This document shows, one piece after another, positions 47,786-59,797 of a stretch of DNA of 64,000 nt; positions within the stretch are counted from its first letter, which is position 1, and each line of letters opens with the position of its first letter. The DNA is taken from positions 271,438-335,437 of the forward strand of contig NW_003314347.1 of NCBI RefSeq assembly GCF_000143415.4. The letters run 5' to 3'. The position numbers and the translations under genes were made by a program. This DNA is from Selaginella moellendorffii. Taxonomy: Eukaryota; Plantae; Lycopodiophyta. A model generated the notes under the pieces. That model made no database searches and was not told where the DNA came from. It saw only the letters and a program-made list of their open reading frames with translations.

Positions 47786-50700
47786 GGATATAGATTTCAT
47801 ATGGCATTTTTAGTAAAATTTTAAAATATTCTAGAATAAATTATATCATAGTTAAGAGCAAAAAATTTAAAAATTGTATTAAAATTAAAAAGCTATAGTA
47901 AAAAAATAAATATACTAAACTTAGATATAGTTTATTTATGTAATATTTTTATAATTTTTTTTGTTATTTTAGCAAAATGGTCATCTTTTTAGAAAGTTAT
48001 AAAAGCTTTTTAAGGAACAATATTAGTGTGGATGTTAACATTCAAAACAACAAAACTTTACTTAAGACTGCAAAAAACTTGAAAAAAAATTTAATATAAT
48101 ATTTATATTAACACCTAGAAATATTGTATAGTTTCCCACAAATAAATATCTTATGAAGGTTTATATCAATTTGTGCAACGCTCTCTTTTAACATTTCAAC
48201 TACATCTATCATACTATGTTGCAACATGTTAAAATTTAAATATTTCCTGTGTAATCATAATTTTTCCATAAAGTTAAAATATAAAAAATTAGTAAAAAAA
48301 GAATATACATTTTTCTTACAACTTCTGTTTTTGTCCTTTTATGTTTAATGTTGTTATTTTTTATTATGAAAGTCTTGAAATTATCATTTTGATATTTTCT
48401 TTAAACAAAATTTAACAAATTGATCCACCATTGTTGATATATGTATAAGTTTGTTTTGATACCCACTATAATTATATTTTTGTAATATTTTATTTTATTT
48501 TTAGTTTTTTATAATAAATTTATTAGGATGTGTTATTAGAAATCCAACATTCTTTGCCATCAACGAAAAATTCAAAAACAAATTAAAAATTTAAATTAAT
48601 ATTATGAAAATTTAAAAAATCCTTAATGTATTATATATAATGGGAATATATAATATATGTTAATTTTATTTCTAGTTATTCTTTATAACAAAATTTTTTT
48701 ATATGTGTATGGAAGTATAACATTTCTTGCTATTAATGAAAAGTTCAAAAATAAAAAACAACAAAGGTAAAATAAACATATGATGTTAAAATTTAAAATT
48801 TTAATAATGTAATATATATAGTAAAAAATTGTAATATATGTTGATTTTATTTTTATTTCTTATTTATAAGAAATTTGTTATAATGTGTTGTAGGAAATAC
48901 AACATTATTTGTTATAAAAAAAAACTTCAAGTATAAAACATAACAAAGCAAGAAGATATATGATATTAAAATTGAAAAATTTAATAATGCAACTAACGGC
49001 ATATACTGACACTCAGGTTGGTTAGTAATGTCTTGTTGCCTACTGAATTAATGACTTTCTCTAAGATAACACAATAGAGTTGCTAATAACAGAAGCTTGA
49101 AAAAGCCTTGCAAAAGTAAGATAAAATGAAAACATGTGTAACTCTCTTAACTTGTTTACTATGTAGAAATGTGGTGCTAACAAAATCTTTAAAGAAGAAA
49201 CCCCAAGAAGAAAATACGAAATAGGAAGATTGTAAGCTTCTAAATTTAAACTTTTTTGGCACCCTACCCCTTGAGTCGAGCCTAGCGGGAGCAAATTAGA
49301 TCTGCTACTTGTCAATCAATATACAATGTGATTCCTATAATCAACCAATAGAGTCAGACCAAAGACTTCTCTAATACTAAATGTAAACTCCTAAATTTGA
49401 AATTTCCAGAACAAAGGGGGTGCACTCTCGCTCATAGTTACTTTCCTTTTATATTTGAACCCTTATGGATCATCTTTTGAGTTGTTCATTTTGGTTGCTT
49501 ATAAAGATGGAAAGCATAGAGAGGCAGAAGCTCTAGAACAAAAACTTGGAAAACTTATATTAAAGAATGATGAAAACAAAAGGCCGAAAAAGGACAAAAG
49601 CATATAAATTTGTAAACTATATACTATCACTCAGGTTGGTTGCCAATATCTTGTTGCTTTCTTCACTAATAACTTTCTCTAGGATGAGGGAATAGTGCTG
49701 CAAAAAATAGAAGAATACAAAATAAAGTTGGAAGAAGGTTTGTGAAAGTAAAATGAAATGAAAATATGTGTAGACCTCTTAATTTTTTTTGCTATGTAGA
49801 AATGTGACACTAATAAAATCTTTGGAGAAGAAACTCTAAGAGGAAAAAAAGAAATAAGAAGATGCAAAATGTAAAGAGATAAAGGCCTTGGAACAAAAAA
49901 TTAAAGAACTTACGCTGGCAATCAATAAGGAAAAAAACTTCTCCGTTTACCTCAAAAAGGTTTATAAGAGTGATTGAAAAACATTGTTAACTTTGGAATT
50001 TACAAAAGTTAAAGTTAATACGTCAAAAAATTAATGAAATACTCAATTCTCAAAGCCAAACAAAGAACCATGGCACTTTAAAGTTTAATTCTTTTTTTCA
50101 TTCCATATTATTTTCTAATAACGCCATCACGTTACAAGCCCAAGATCTTTGCAGAGCCTAGCAGATTCACCAGAGAAGATTTTTTTGGTGTACCAACGTT
50201 AGTGTTTACAATGTAAAATTTAAAAAGGTGAAGGCTCAGTTCGAATACGATATAAATATAATTCTTAAAGTTCTTGTTAGTTTATAAAACTCTCTTTAAA
50301 TAAACACAAACAATTTTAGCATTACATTTATCAAACTAGGCTTTTTTGGTCTACTGATACTAATTGAAGGAAATGATTTAAAAGTGAGTTGGTAAATACT
50401 ATTTCATTTTGTGGTTTTTCACTGATTTTTTTCATAATTGTTTTCTACATCAAGTTTAGTAGGCTGTGTTGTGGGAGACACAATATTACTTATTGCAGAC
50501 CAAAAATTCACAATCGAAAACAACAAAAACAAGATCTATAGAGATTAGAAAAATCAACGGTGCTAAATATTTAGTAGGAACAAGTTATAAATGCATGTTT
50601 AAAATGTTTTATAAACTTTGTTTTTCTATAGGAAATATCAAAAAAATTTAGTGCATTTATAACAAAATGCAAAAAGCAAACTTTTAAAATATTTTCGACA

Positions 50701-51360
50701 TTGTTATCTTGGCAAAAGACATAATAACAAATAATGGTTTGATATAAATATAGTTCTCATAAATTATTATGGTAAACCTTTTTATTGTGTTTTATTTTAT
50801 CATTGTTAATATTTCTTTTGACATCTTTTTAACCTGCAAGAAAAATCCATAGTTGTACCTTATAAAAGAAGATAAAATAAAGGCATAACAAGTATCAAAA
50901 CAAACTTATAGGCAATGATAAATAAGTTTATTAGAATTTGTTTAGAAAAAAAATTGATATAGTAGCTTCAAGACTTCCAACAACAACCAAAGGACAGAAA
51001 AAAAAGTTGTAAAAAAAGTGTGTGTCTGACAGGTAAAAATTTCAAAGTTGTTCTTTTTTACTAATTTTACATTTTTGCTTTGTGAAAAAACTATACTTGT
51101 TTGGGAAATATCAAGTTTTTAATATCTTTCAACAAGCTATGATAGGTGTGGTTGAAGTGAAAATATCAATTTTTTAACATCCTCCAACAAGCTACAATAG
51201 GTGAAATTAAAGCATTAAAGGGGAATGGAGGGAAAATCAATATATGAATTTTTTAACCTTCATAAAATAAGTGTTTGTAGAGAACTATGCCTATTTTGCC
51301 AAGTGCTAATAAATGGTATATTGTTTTTTTGTTTCAATTTCTTCAGTGCTTTTTTACAGG
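47786..51360. repeat. AT-rich degenerate repeat block with internal tandem (~180 bp at 48540-48990), dispersed (49000/49630) and inverted (~48065-48480 vs ~50880-51360) copies
   Basis: For example, ATAAGTTTGTTTTGATAC (~48445) is the exact reverse complement of GTATCAAAACAAACTTAT (~50892), and CACTCAGGTTGGTT occurs twice. Confidence 0.65.
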
Positions 51361-52645
51361 GATCAGATGTACAAGTTCAAAACTTTGTGACAAAGTTGGG
51401 GTACTGGAAAGAGTCAATGAATTCACTAGAACAAACAGTAGCAAGCTTTGGAATGTAGGAGAACTGGACAGTATACAAAGAGGTACCATGCAATCGTATC
51501 CACACCTGAGAACTTTCTCAGTTAGTGCTCACTCTCAAATGATGAGCTTTTACCTCTTCGTAAGGTTGAACATGGTTGAACGCTGAGCTCGTCCAGAAAG
51601 TGGAAAACTGTAAGCAGGATTTTTCCGGCTCAGAGCTTCTGCTTCTTCAAACGTCCATGTTCGAGTTCACCTCCAAGGCCCTCCACCACGTCTGCTTTCC
51701 TCCACAGGCTTCCTCAACGTGGCCTTGCACCAGGTCTGGCGGGATCTCCAAGAATTCCAGCTCCAGCTGTAGCTATGCTCAGAGCATGCTGACTAGACTT
51801 GTTGCTGAACTACCCTCGCAGTATTATCCAGCAGGATTGGTCAGAGTTGCTCCCCGATGCGACTGCCTGCTACAGTGCTATATGGGCGCGGCAGCTGATC
51901 CTGTGGAGCAAAGCACAATTTCCAGCAGATGGGAATCGTGGAGACAGAAGGTCCAGCAGGACGAAAACGTTGGTGGAACCGAGCGCTACACCTCTTTTTT
52001 CTTCCGCTCATTCTTCTTCGACAAGGAGTGACGAGGCAACACCAGGAGTGACAGCAGCTCTCGACACTGGAGCAGGAGGTCCACCACGATCGTCACTGGA
52101 GATGAGGTACAGTGCTGTAATCTAGGTTGGAGCTTATATGTTTCTTGCTTTCCTGCTAGATGCAAGACTAACGATCCAATCCTCATCGTCGAAGCAAGCT
52201 TAAACAAGGGATGGTTCAAAATGGTACTTCAAGCAGGTGATATGCCGACGACGATGGTGCTCTTGCAGCTCAGGTGGCCATCCTTCAACATGGCAGAGAC
52301 ATATCCAAAGGGAATACTCGTGGTATCAAGAATTCGATTCATGGTTTCGAGATAGGTCCTCACGCTGAGATCTACTATGCTAACCATGATGGAAGCTTGT
52401 GCACGGGGGGTTTGAGTCAGCAGGATGAAGTCTACCTTTCACGAATGGCTTAAGGCCGACAAGCTCCAGATTCTCCGGCTCTCAATAATTCACTACAACA
52501 TGTGCTTTTTCCAGAGTCTAGAGTTACTCCAGCCGCGATCGAGGAGAGGGGAGTGCTCGGGGGTTGCCACGATCTTGAGGAATGAAAAGTAATCCAATCT
52601 TGAACAAGTCTAGATCCTTTTTTTTCGAGCATGTAAACGACTTAC

Positions 52646-52808
52646 TGGTTGCTGCCTTTGCAGCGCTGGTTCCATTCGGCTGGATTTCCCAGCATTGCAC
52701 CTGATAGAAAAGCAGGTGACAAAACTTGTAGAGAAAGCAATCTCGCAAGCCTGATTGTCCCAGGATGTGGCGATGAGATGGTTCGCTTTGGTTCGCTAAA
52801 CGAGAGAT
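52646..52808 (-). pseudogene. RAE1: Captured fragment of RAE1 (WD40 mRNA export factor) with intron
   Basis: LSFS..PKANHLIATSWDNQ|intron 52750-52701|VQCWEIQPNGTSAAKAA; frameshifted. Confidence 0.75.
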
Positions 52809-52994
52809 CACACCCGTAAGAGAGATGTTTGCGCGGGAGCGTTCTGTGTGATTCGTCCTCTCTAAATCCACCAGGAGCGCCCAAAAACGCTTTCTCGCCA
52901 ACAACAGATCTTCCACTCCCTTGGACGCACAAGCACAAAAACCAAGAGTTGAATCGATTTCAGACAGATTTTCATTTATTTGTTACATTCAAGA

Positions 52995-53125
52995 TTGTCC
53001 CAGAAGTCTGCTGGGAGCAATAGGGTGGACTGTTCCGATGGAGACGGTGGTGCCAGCATTGGGCCTCTCCAGATCTCCGAGCACTACCATGTCGATGCCT
53101 GGAACCATCCTGGCTATGCTGCCGG
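52995..53125 (+). pseudogene. Fragment of a lysozyme-like (i-type/transglycosylase-like) gene
   Basis: RSLLGAI.. then, in a shifted frame, DCSDGDGGASIGPLQISEHYHVDAW, followed by a GT donor. Confidence 0.45.
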
Positions 53126-53562
53126 TATGGTTCTTCTCTTTCTTCGTTCTCTATTTTCTTCGTTGGTTTTTTACAGTAGTTAGTCCACGCGGAGAACATG
53201 GTGGCCTATTGGATGAGGTACTGCTCGGAAGCTCTAACACAACATGACTGGGAAATTCTAGCTAAGATTCACAATGTTACAAAGTTGTGTGATGGGTGGA
53301 ACGTAGCAGCTTTGCTGATGGTTTGCTTTTCCTCTTTGAGACTGTAGGTGGTCCTCAAGGTCCTCAGAGAAAAAAGACAACGTATTACTGGAGCAAGGTT
53401 TCCAGGTACCTGGAAGACAATCACAAGCACGTCTCTCCCTTTCCGTCGCCTGCGAGACCCAAATGTAAGATCTATCCATCAACTTCCAAGTTTACGAATC
53501 TGGACAAACGAATAGAATGCAAGCTGAAGCACGGTGAGGCTCCCTTTCATCTCTCTTTGCCA

Positions 53563-54085
53563 AGGATTTTCTAAAAGTTTCTCCATCTACAGGTTTGAAA
53601 GTCTTAGCTGCGGAAAGACGATTGCCGATTGTCAAGCACGCCAGGCTTCAAGTACGAAGACTCCCTTTCACAGACATTTCTTCCACAGATTCTTACGGAG
53701 TTGGCTCGGCTACTGCCACTGGACCTGTCGGAGTGTGTCGACCGAAGAAACGATGAACGCTTTTGAGTTCTCTCCAGTTCCAGGGCAGGCTGATTACACC
53801 ACGCCGGTTATGAATCCAGAGAACGTTCCTGAGACTGGTGCTGAGACTGGGATTTCCCCTCCGGTATTTTAGCGAATGCCAGCCTGGGAAAACTGGACCG
53901 CAGGCAGAAAGAATTTCGCCATTAGTTAGAAAGTTTTGTTAGTGGAACTTCGATATTGGTTTACCATTGAGCAAACGTTTAGTGCTGTGGAAGAAATGTC
54001 TGTGAAAGGGAGTTGAAGCCTGGAGTGCTTGTTAACAATTGGCATTTGTCTACGACTGTAGATGGAGGAACTGTTAGAAAATCCT
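53563..54085. repeat. Long imperfect inverted repeat (foldback), arms ~100-125 bp, loop ~295 bp
   Basis: 53660-53688 is the exact reverse complement of 53985-54013. The outer arm segments also pair. Confidence 0.85.
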
Positions 54086-54249
54086 CACCGCCAAGCTTAC
54101 CGCCATGTCCTCGCTCAATCTAAGAACTTGAAAGAACTTGAAGTAAACACCCTGCTGCAATGGCGAGGAAGAAGGAGAAGAAGCATTCTCCCTGGGATCC
54201 TGCCGCCAAAACGAACAAATTCCACAGGGATTACTTGATTACAGACATT

Positions 54250-54603
54250 CTACTGATACAGGTGTGCTGGGAGCACCCCTTTCTTGATCATCCTCTCTCT
54301 CACGTCGTAGATCCTAATCGGCTCCACAAGATCATCCTCGGCGACATTGGCAACCCCATAATCCGTGATCATTCTCCGCTGCACTGCCTCCTCGATCACG
54401 GCTGGAGTCCACTCGTCCACTTTGGCAGCAGCCTCAAGGAAGCCATCTTCGACGACGTAGAGCGCTTGGAGGATTCGCTTCTGCCCGTTCCAATCCACAG
54501 GTGTAAACGCCTGAATCAGACCATACTCATCCGGTCCCGTGACGCGAGTCGTCTCCTTCGTATCCATCCCTACCTCTATTCCCTTTCTTATACAAGGATT
54601 CAA
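54250..54603 (-). CDS. Hypothetical protein / gene fragment (117 aa), unrecognised
   Basis: Open, protein-like ORF within the fragment mosaic; no family recognised. Confidence 0.3.
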   Translation of the reverse strand: MNPCIRKGIEVGMDTKETTRVTGPDEYGLIQAFTPVDWNGQKRILQALYVVEDGFLEAAAKVDEWTPAVIEEAVQRRMITDYGVANVAEDDLVEPIRIYDVRERMIKKGVLPAHLYQ

Positions 54604-56451
54604 GGGCTCAGATGCGTCCGACAGCCGACGGTGACGATTATTTCCTAGTCTGCCTCTCTAAGCTTTCCCGCTTGCACACTTCCATTGGCAAACAAGTTTG
54701 TTTCCTTGCCACTCGCTCGCTACGTTGCCCAAAAGTACTATGTATAAACAGCGTGTGTTTTCCATATTCACTAGGGAGAGCTTTCCCGACGTGTTGATCC
54801 AGACGTCCAACACTCTACCGCTTGAGCAACACGAAGTTCTGCCTCAGTTCCTGATCGATGCACCTATATCTGCGTTCTTATCTCGCGCTCTGTCGTCCAA
54901 GGAAGGAGGAGTGTTTGATGGTCCCAGGGATCACATGGTGGGCGGCAGCAAGCTGCAGTTTACATCCTCGGGACGGTGACTGGGGCGGACTCCCAGCAGC
55001 GTCTCCGATGCACATGGACAATAGAGCTGCTCAGCATAAGGCGTTCAGGTGGAGGCTGAGTGCCTGGCCAAGCCCGTCATCCACTACGAGGAGATAGTGA
55101 TGGAAACAAAGCAGCTGCTAGCGATGAGAAGCTGTGTGAGCTTCTAGAATGATGCCAGTGCAGTGATCCTATGATCGTAACTGTTGCGAGGACATAGATC
55201 GAAAACATGTTTTGTTCGCAGTATTGTAGGACGAGGCAGCTGAACAGAATTCGGTGGAGCAAAGGGTTCAGTCACGACTAGGGAGGAAGGAGTATGCGCC
55301 TTTTCCATCGAGCAACCAGCAGATGATCATCACTGGAAGGGCGCACATTACAACTTCAAGAAACGCAATTCACGGCGATTGTCCATGATTCTAATCCCGG
55401 GCGGTGGTGGTGGTATTTTGTCGAGCATGATCTCCACAGGGCTGGCGGCCAAGAATCTCTTTTGATCTTTGAACGTGTGATCTAGGGAGCAGGGCTAACT
55501 GAGGTCTTGGTGACGCCTTTGATCCGGAATCTAGACCACACAGGGTACAGTATGTTGGAGCCGAAATCCAAGGTGTGATAGGCATCTTGAATCATGGAGA
55601 TCAAGGGCCACATTCAGCAGCAAATTTTGGGAGAAATTCCTGGACATAACTAGTATATAGCTAGTGTTTCTTCTTCTTTCTACAAGTAGTTGTTTCCAGC
55701 TTCCTTCTGAAAAGATCATGTTTATTCTTTGCTCTCATTCTGGCTCTTTATCATGGTATCAGAGCAGGATCAAAAAAATGGAAATGCTGCCACTTTCTCA
55801 AATGGCCGTTCCATTTTCATTTTTGATGGATCTGGAAACTTCTCGAGCTGGATCAAAGGTGAGGGAGTTTGGGGCATTGTCAATAGTGACAAGCTGAAGC
55901 CAGGAGCTGATGTGGGCTATCAGAAGGCAGATACCTGGAGTCAGCGTGAGAGCAAGGGCATGGCAACAATTGGGCTCACATTGACGGAGTGATAAAAGAG
56001 GTAGCAACTGCTGGATATATGAAGCTATATGTACATGGGCTGTGGCAACTGCCTAATGCCACATCATCCTAATTGCCTAGCTAAGCATCTACCTGAGTAA
56101 CTAATCTCAACACTCCCACTTAGGCGTGTCTACAAACTAAGACAAAGCCTGAACATAAGATGCTCAACATGCATACAACTGATGAGAAAAACTACAAAAG
56201 GAAAAAACTCATCTAAACTGGTGGTACTCCACTGACTCCCACTCAAAGCAACTACATCTAGGGCTTGCTGCCTCTGCCACTCTTGGCTGCTTTGGCTGTT
56301 GTTGCTCCTCTCTTGGAGCTCTTTTGCCACTGCTAGGCTTCTCAACCAACTCTGCTGTTGCTATCTACCGCACTCACTTGGCTGTTGCTGCTCTTCTTTT
56401 CAAGCATATTGTGCTTGTGCTGCCGTTTTGCTTTTTGGCCTGTTGAGTCAA

Positions 56452-56613
56452 TGTAGCGCACTTTGTTTATCTCCCCTTAAGCTAACTGGAAAAGGGGCAA
56501 TTGCTTGATGAGAGAGCCTTTAGTGGCTATTTTATCCTCATTTATCCCCAAAAGTTCTAAGGATTCACGGTAACAATATATCTAAATCTCATCCCATGAT
56601 CACATGCACTACA
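56452..56613 (-). repeat. 162-bp LTR-like element, copy 1
   Basis: TGTAG..CTACA; reverse-complement homolog of 56963-57124 and 59636-59797. Confidence 0.8.
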
Positions 56614-56962
56614 CTCACCCTCCTTTTTAGAGATGTCAATCTCCTTATTGACTATTGACTAACAACCCTTACTGAGCCAAGGGGAACTAACACCTCCATT
56701 TTTGCACTGAATTTATCAATCCTTTTATTGTGTAGACTAGATCTTCCATGTGAGGCAACTAATCATCCACCCATACCGTAGTCCCATGGTGGATACCTTC
56801 GTCTAAGATGCTCCAGAAGGACATACATATGGATGACCAATACATATGATTTCAAATTTAGGGGTAAGAATATAGAAGCTTTGGAGCGGCAAAAGATGCT
56901 GATATGCTCCAAAAGAGGAGTAGTAGAGTAGTTGAGAAGCCCAGGAGCAATAGAGCAATGAT

Positions 56963-57124
56963 TGTAGCACATGTGATCATGAGATGAAATTTGGATATAT
57001 TGTCACCATAGATCTTTAAAACCTTAGGGGATAAATGGGGATAAAATAGCCATTAAGAGCTCTCTCATTAAGCAATTGCCTTTTTTCCAATTGGCTTAAG
57101 AAGAGAGAAATAAAGTGTGCTACA
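56963..57124 (+). repeat. 162-bp LTR, copy 2, followed by tRNA-Met-type PBS (TGGTATCAAAGC)
   Basis: TGTAG..CTACA immediately followed by TGTGGTATCAAAGC. Confidence 0.8.
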
Positions 57125-59635
57125 TGTGGTATCAAAGCAAATGGCACGGGTTCGATTCCCATTAATTAGTGGCTACTTAAAAATATAATATACTCTTGAG
57201 CAAGATTGCCACTCCTAACTGCTGGTATGGCTCTGTATTGATTTGTTATTACTCTATTTCTGCTGTTGGCATCTAGAAGCTTCTTCTTCTTCTTCATCCT
57301 TTAGAAGTCCTCAAGATCTATACTCCATTCCTAAAGTGCTCTGATACCATGATAAAAAAGGCAACAACTACTCATATTGTATATATAAAGCTATATATAC
57401 ATGGGCTGTGGCAACTGCCTAATGCCACATCATCCTAACTACCTAGCTACTCATATTGTATATATAAAGCTATATATATATGGGCTGTGGCAACTGCCTA
57501 ATGCCACATCATCCTAACTACCTAGCTAAGCATGTACCTTAGCATCGAATCTCAACATAGAGAGTGTGCTAGATGATCTTACTCTCAATGAGAATTACAC
57601 CTGTAGTGAGCTATAGAAGAAGTTGTGTGAGAAGCACAAGCAGTAGACATGTCCAAATTGGCCATCTCTACACGGAGATGGTCAACATTTGGTGGAAAGA
57701 GTCAGAAGCTTTGACCAGTTTGTGGATGACATGAAAAATATGTACTAGCAAATTGAGAAATTAGATAAGGAGAACAAACTTCCTCCTTTCTCTTCAAAAC
57801 TATTTTTTTCTTTGTGCTCTTCCTAATTCTTTTCATTCTCTTTGAAGTAACTTGATGCAAGTTGACAAGCTTCAACTTAGTTGTGCCATATTGGCCATCA
57901 AGGAGGAGATCATCATGCAGAAGGATGTTGGAATTCTTTATTTTAAATTTGATTAGGCTTTGTTTGCAAAAAGTTCTTTTAAGCAATTTGTGAAGAAGAA
58001 GAACAACAACGAAGTTTTAAAGGATGAAGGTTTTTCCAAGGCAAAGGAGAGTGATGTGAAATTCAATAAGGACTCCAAGAAGAAATCTTGTGATTATTGC
58101 AACAAGTTTAACCATAAAGAGTCTAAATGCAAGTTGAATATGAAACATCTTCAACAACAGTTGAAGGATTTCAAATTTATGACTCACTATAAATGACTTT
58201 TAGATGAAACTTGTGTTGCAGTTAGAATTAACTTTTACAACCATACTATGGTAACTAACTTTTTTATGATTGATTCTGGAGCTACTACTCACCTATCTTG
58301 GCACAAAGATCATTTTATTAAGTATAGAATTTGTTTTGGCCAGCATATTGTGCAGCTAAGAAACAATAGTGAGCATAGTGTTCATGGCATTGGTGACATC
58401 AATGTCCAAACATCTCATGGGAACTTAATCCTAACTAGGGCAATGATTGCTGATATGGAAAACAATCTATATTCTGATTATCAAGTTTGTATCATTCAAA
58501 ATGCACAAACTCATGATATGGTTGCTATAGCTCCCAAGGAAGGAAATTTATAGCAACTCAAGGATAAAGAATCTACTAGCTTTTTAATTCTTGCCTTTGT
58601 TGGTAAAAGCACTATGATTTATGGCATAAATGATTTGAATATTACTTATTGTTTAGGATTTCCAGTAAATGGTTTGGATATATCTAACAAGTTAACTCTT
58701 GCTCCATCTGAAGCATGTGCATTTGGAAAGCACCATCATCAACTTTTTAAAACAATTGAAAGTCTAGCAAGCAATTTGCTTGAGCTTGTTCATACTAATG
58801 TTTATGGTCTAGTATAAGTTCCATTTTTCAAAAAGGCTAAATATTTCTTGACTTTCACAAATGATTTTAGTCGCAAAACTTTGGGTTTATTTTCTAAAGA
58901 AGAAATTTGAAGTCTTGGATTGTTTGTAAATTGGAAAACTTTGGTCCAAAACCAAATTGATTGTTAAATCAAGAAGTTATGCATGAATAATGGCAATGAA
59001 TTTGTGAATAATGTTTTTAATAACATATATTCCCAAGCTGGAATCTAGTGCCAACTCACTAAACACAACTCAACATAATAGGGTGGTAGAGTGTAAGAAT
59101 TGCACCATTGTGGACACAACAAGATGCCTTCTCACTCAATTTCACGCTCCATAAAAGCTTTGGGTAGAGGCATGTTATTTTTCTCCATAACCATCGACTT
59201 ATTGTGGTAATATTTTATGTAGAATAAACTTAATGTGGCACATGTATAGATATTTGGATGCATGGTATATTAGTATGTTCCACAAGAGGTCCGACTAGGG
59301 AAAAGCTCATATTTGTTGGTATGCCTGATTTTAGTTCTCATACTTATAGATTGATAGATTTTGTGACAAGCACAATTCACATTTATAAGCAAGAAGAAGT
59401 GGTATTTTTTGAGGAAATTCTTTTTTTCTCTCAATCCTCTTTTATTCATAACCTTGACTTTGTGAATTTTCCAAATTCTTGGTTTTGGAATGATGTTATT
59501 TTTAAAGTTGATTTTTGGAATGATGTTCAATATGAAGAAGCATTTGAGCAAAGAAGAGTTGATCCAGGAGTGCTTGAATAAGAAAGATAGCTCAACTTTC
59601 TCCTCCAAGATTTAACATTGTTTTGACTCCAATGG

Positions 59636-59797
59636 TGTAGTGTATGTGATCATGGGATGAGATTTGGATATATTGTCACTGTAGATCCTTGGAACCTTGG
59701 GGGATAAATAAGGATAAAATAACCACTAAAGGCTCTTTTATCAAGCAATTGCCCTTTTTCCAGTTGGCTTAAGGGAAGAGAAATAGGGTGTGCTACA
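59636..59797 (+). repeat. 162-bp solo LTR, copy 3, inserted in the Copia pol
   Basis: Same family; no PBS or PPT flanking it. Confidence 0.8.

Larger units (their letters stand above)
55990..57557 (-). mobile_element. Non-autonomous small LTR element (TRIM-like) nested in the Copia gag
   Basis: 3' LTR at 55990-56112 with PPT (CTCCCACT on +). 5' LTR at 57351-57557 with an internal tandem duplication. PBS GCTCTGATACCA at 57339-57350. TSD CGGAG/TAGAG. Removal restores gag frame GLTLTE|SVLDDLTLNE. Confidence 0.85.

Noticed and set aside
56963-59797. Pairing 162-bp copies 2 and 3 as the LTRs of one element
   Set aside because: The interval crosses the boundary of the nested TRIM-like element and contains the host Copia sequence. 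There is no PPT before copy 3 and no shared TSD.
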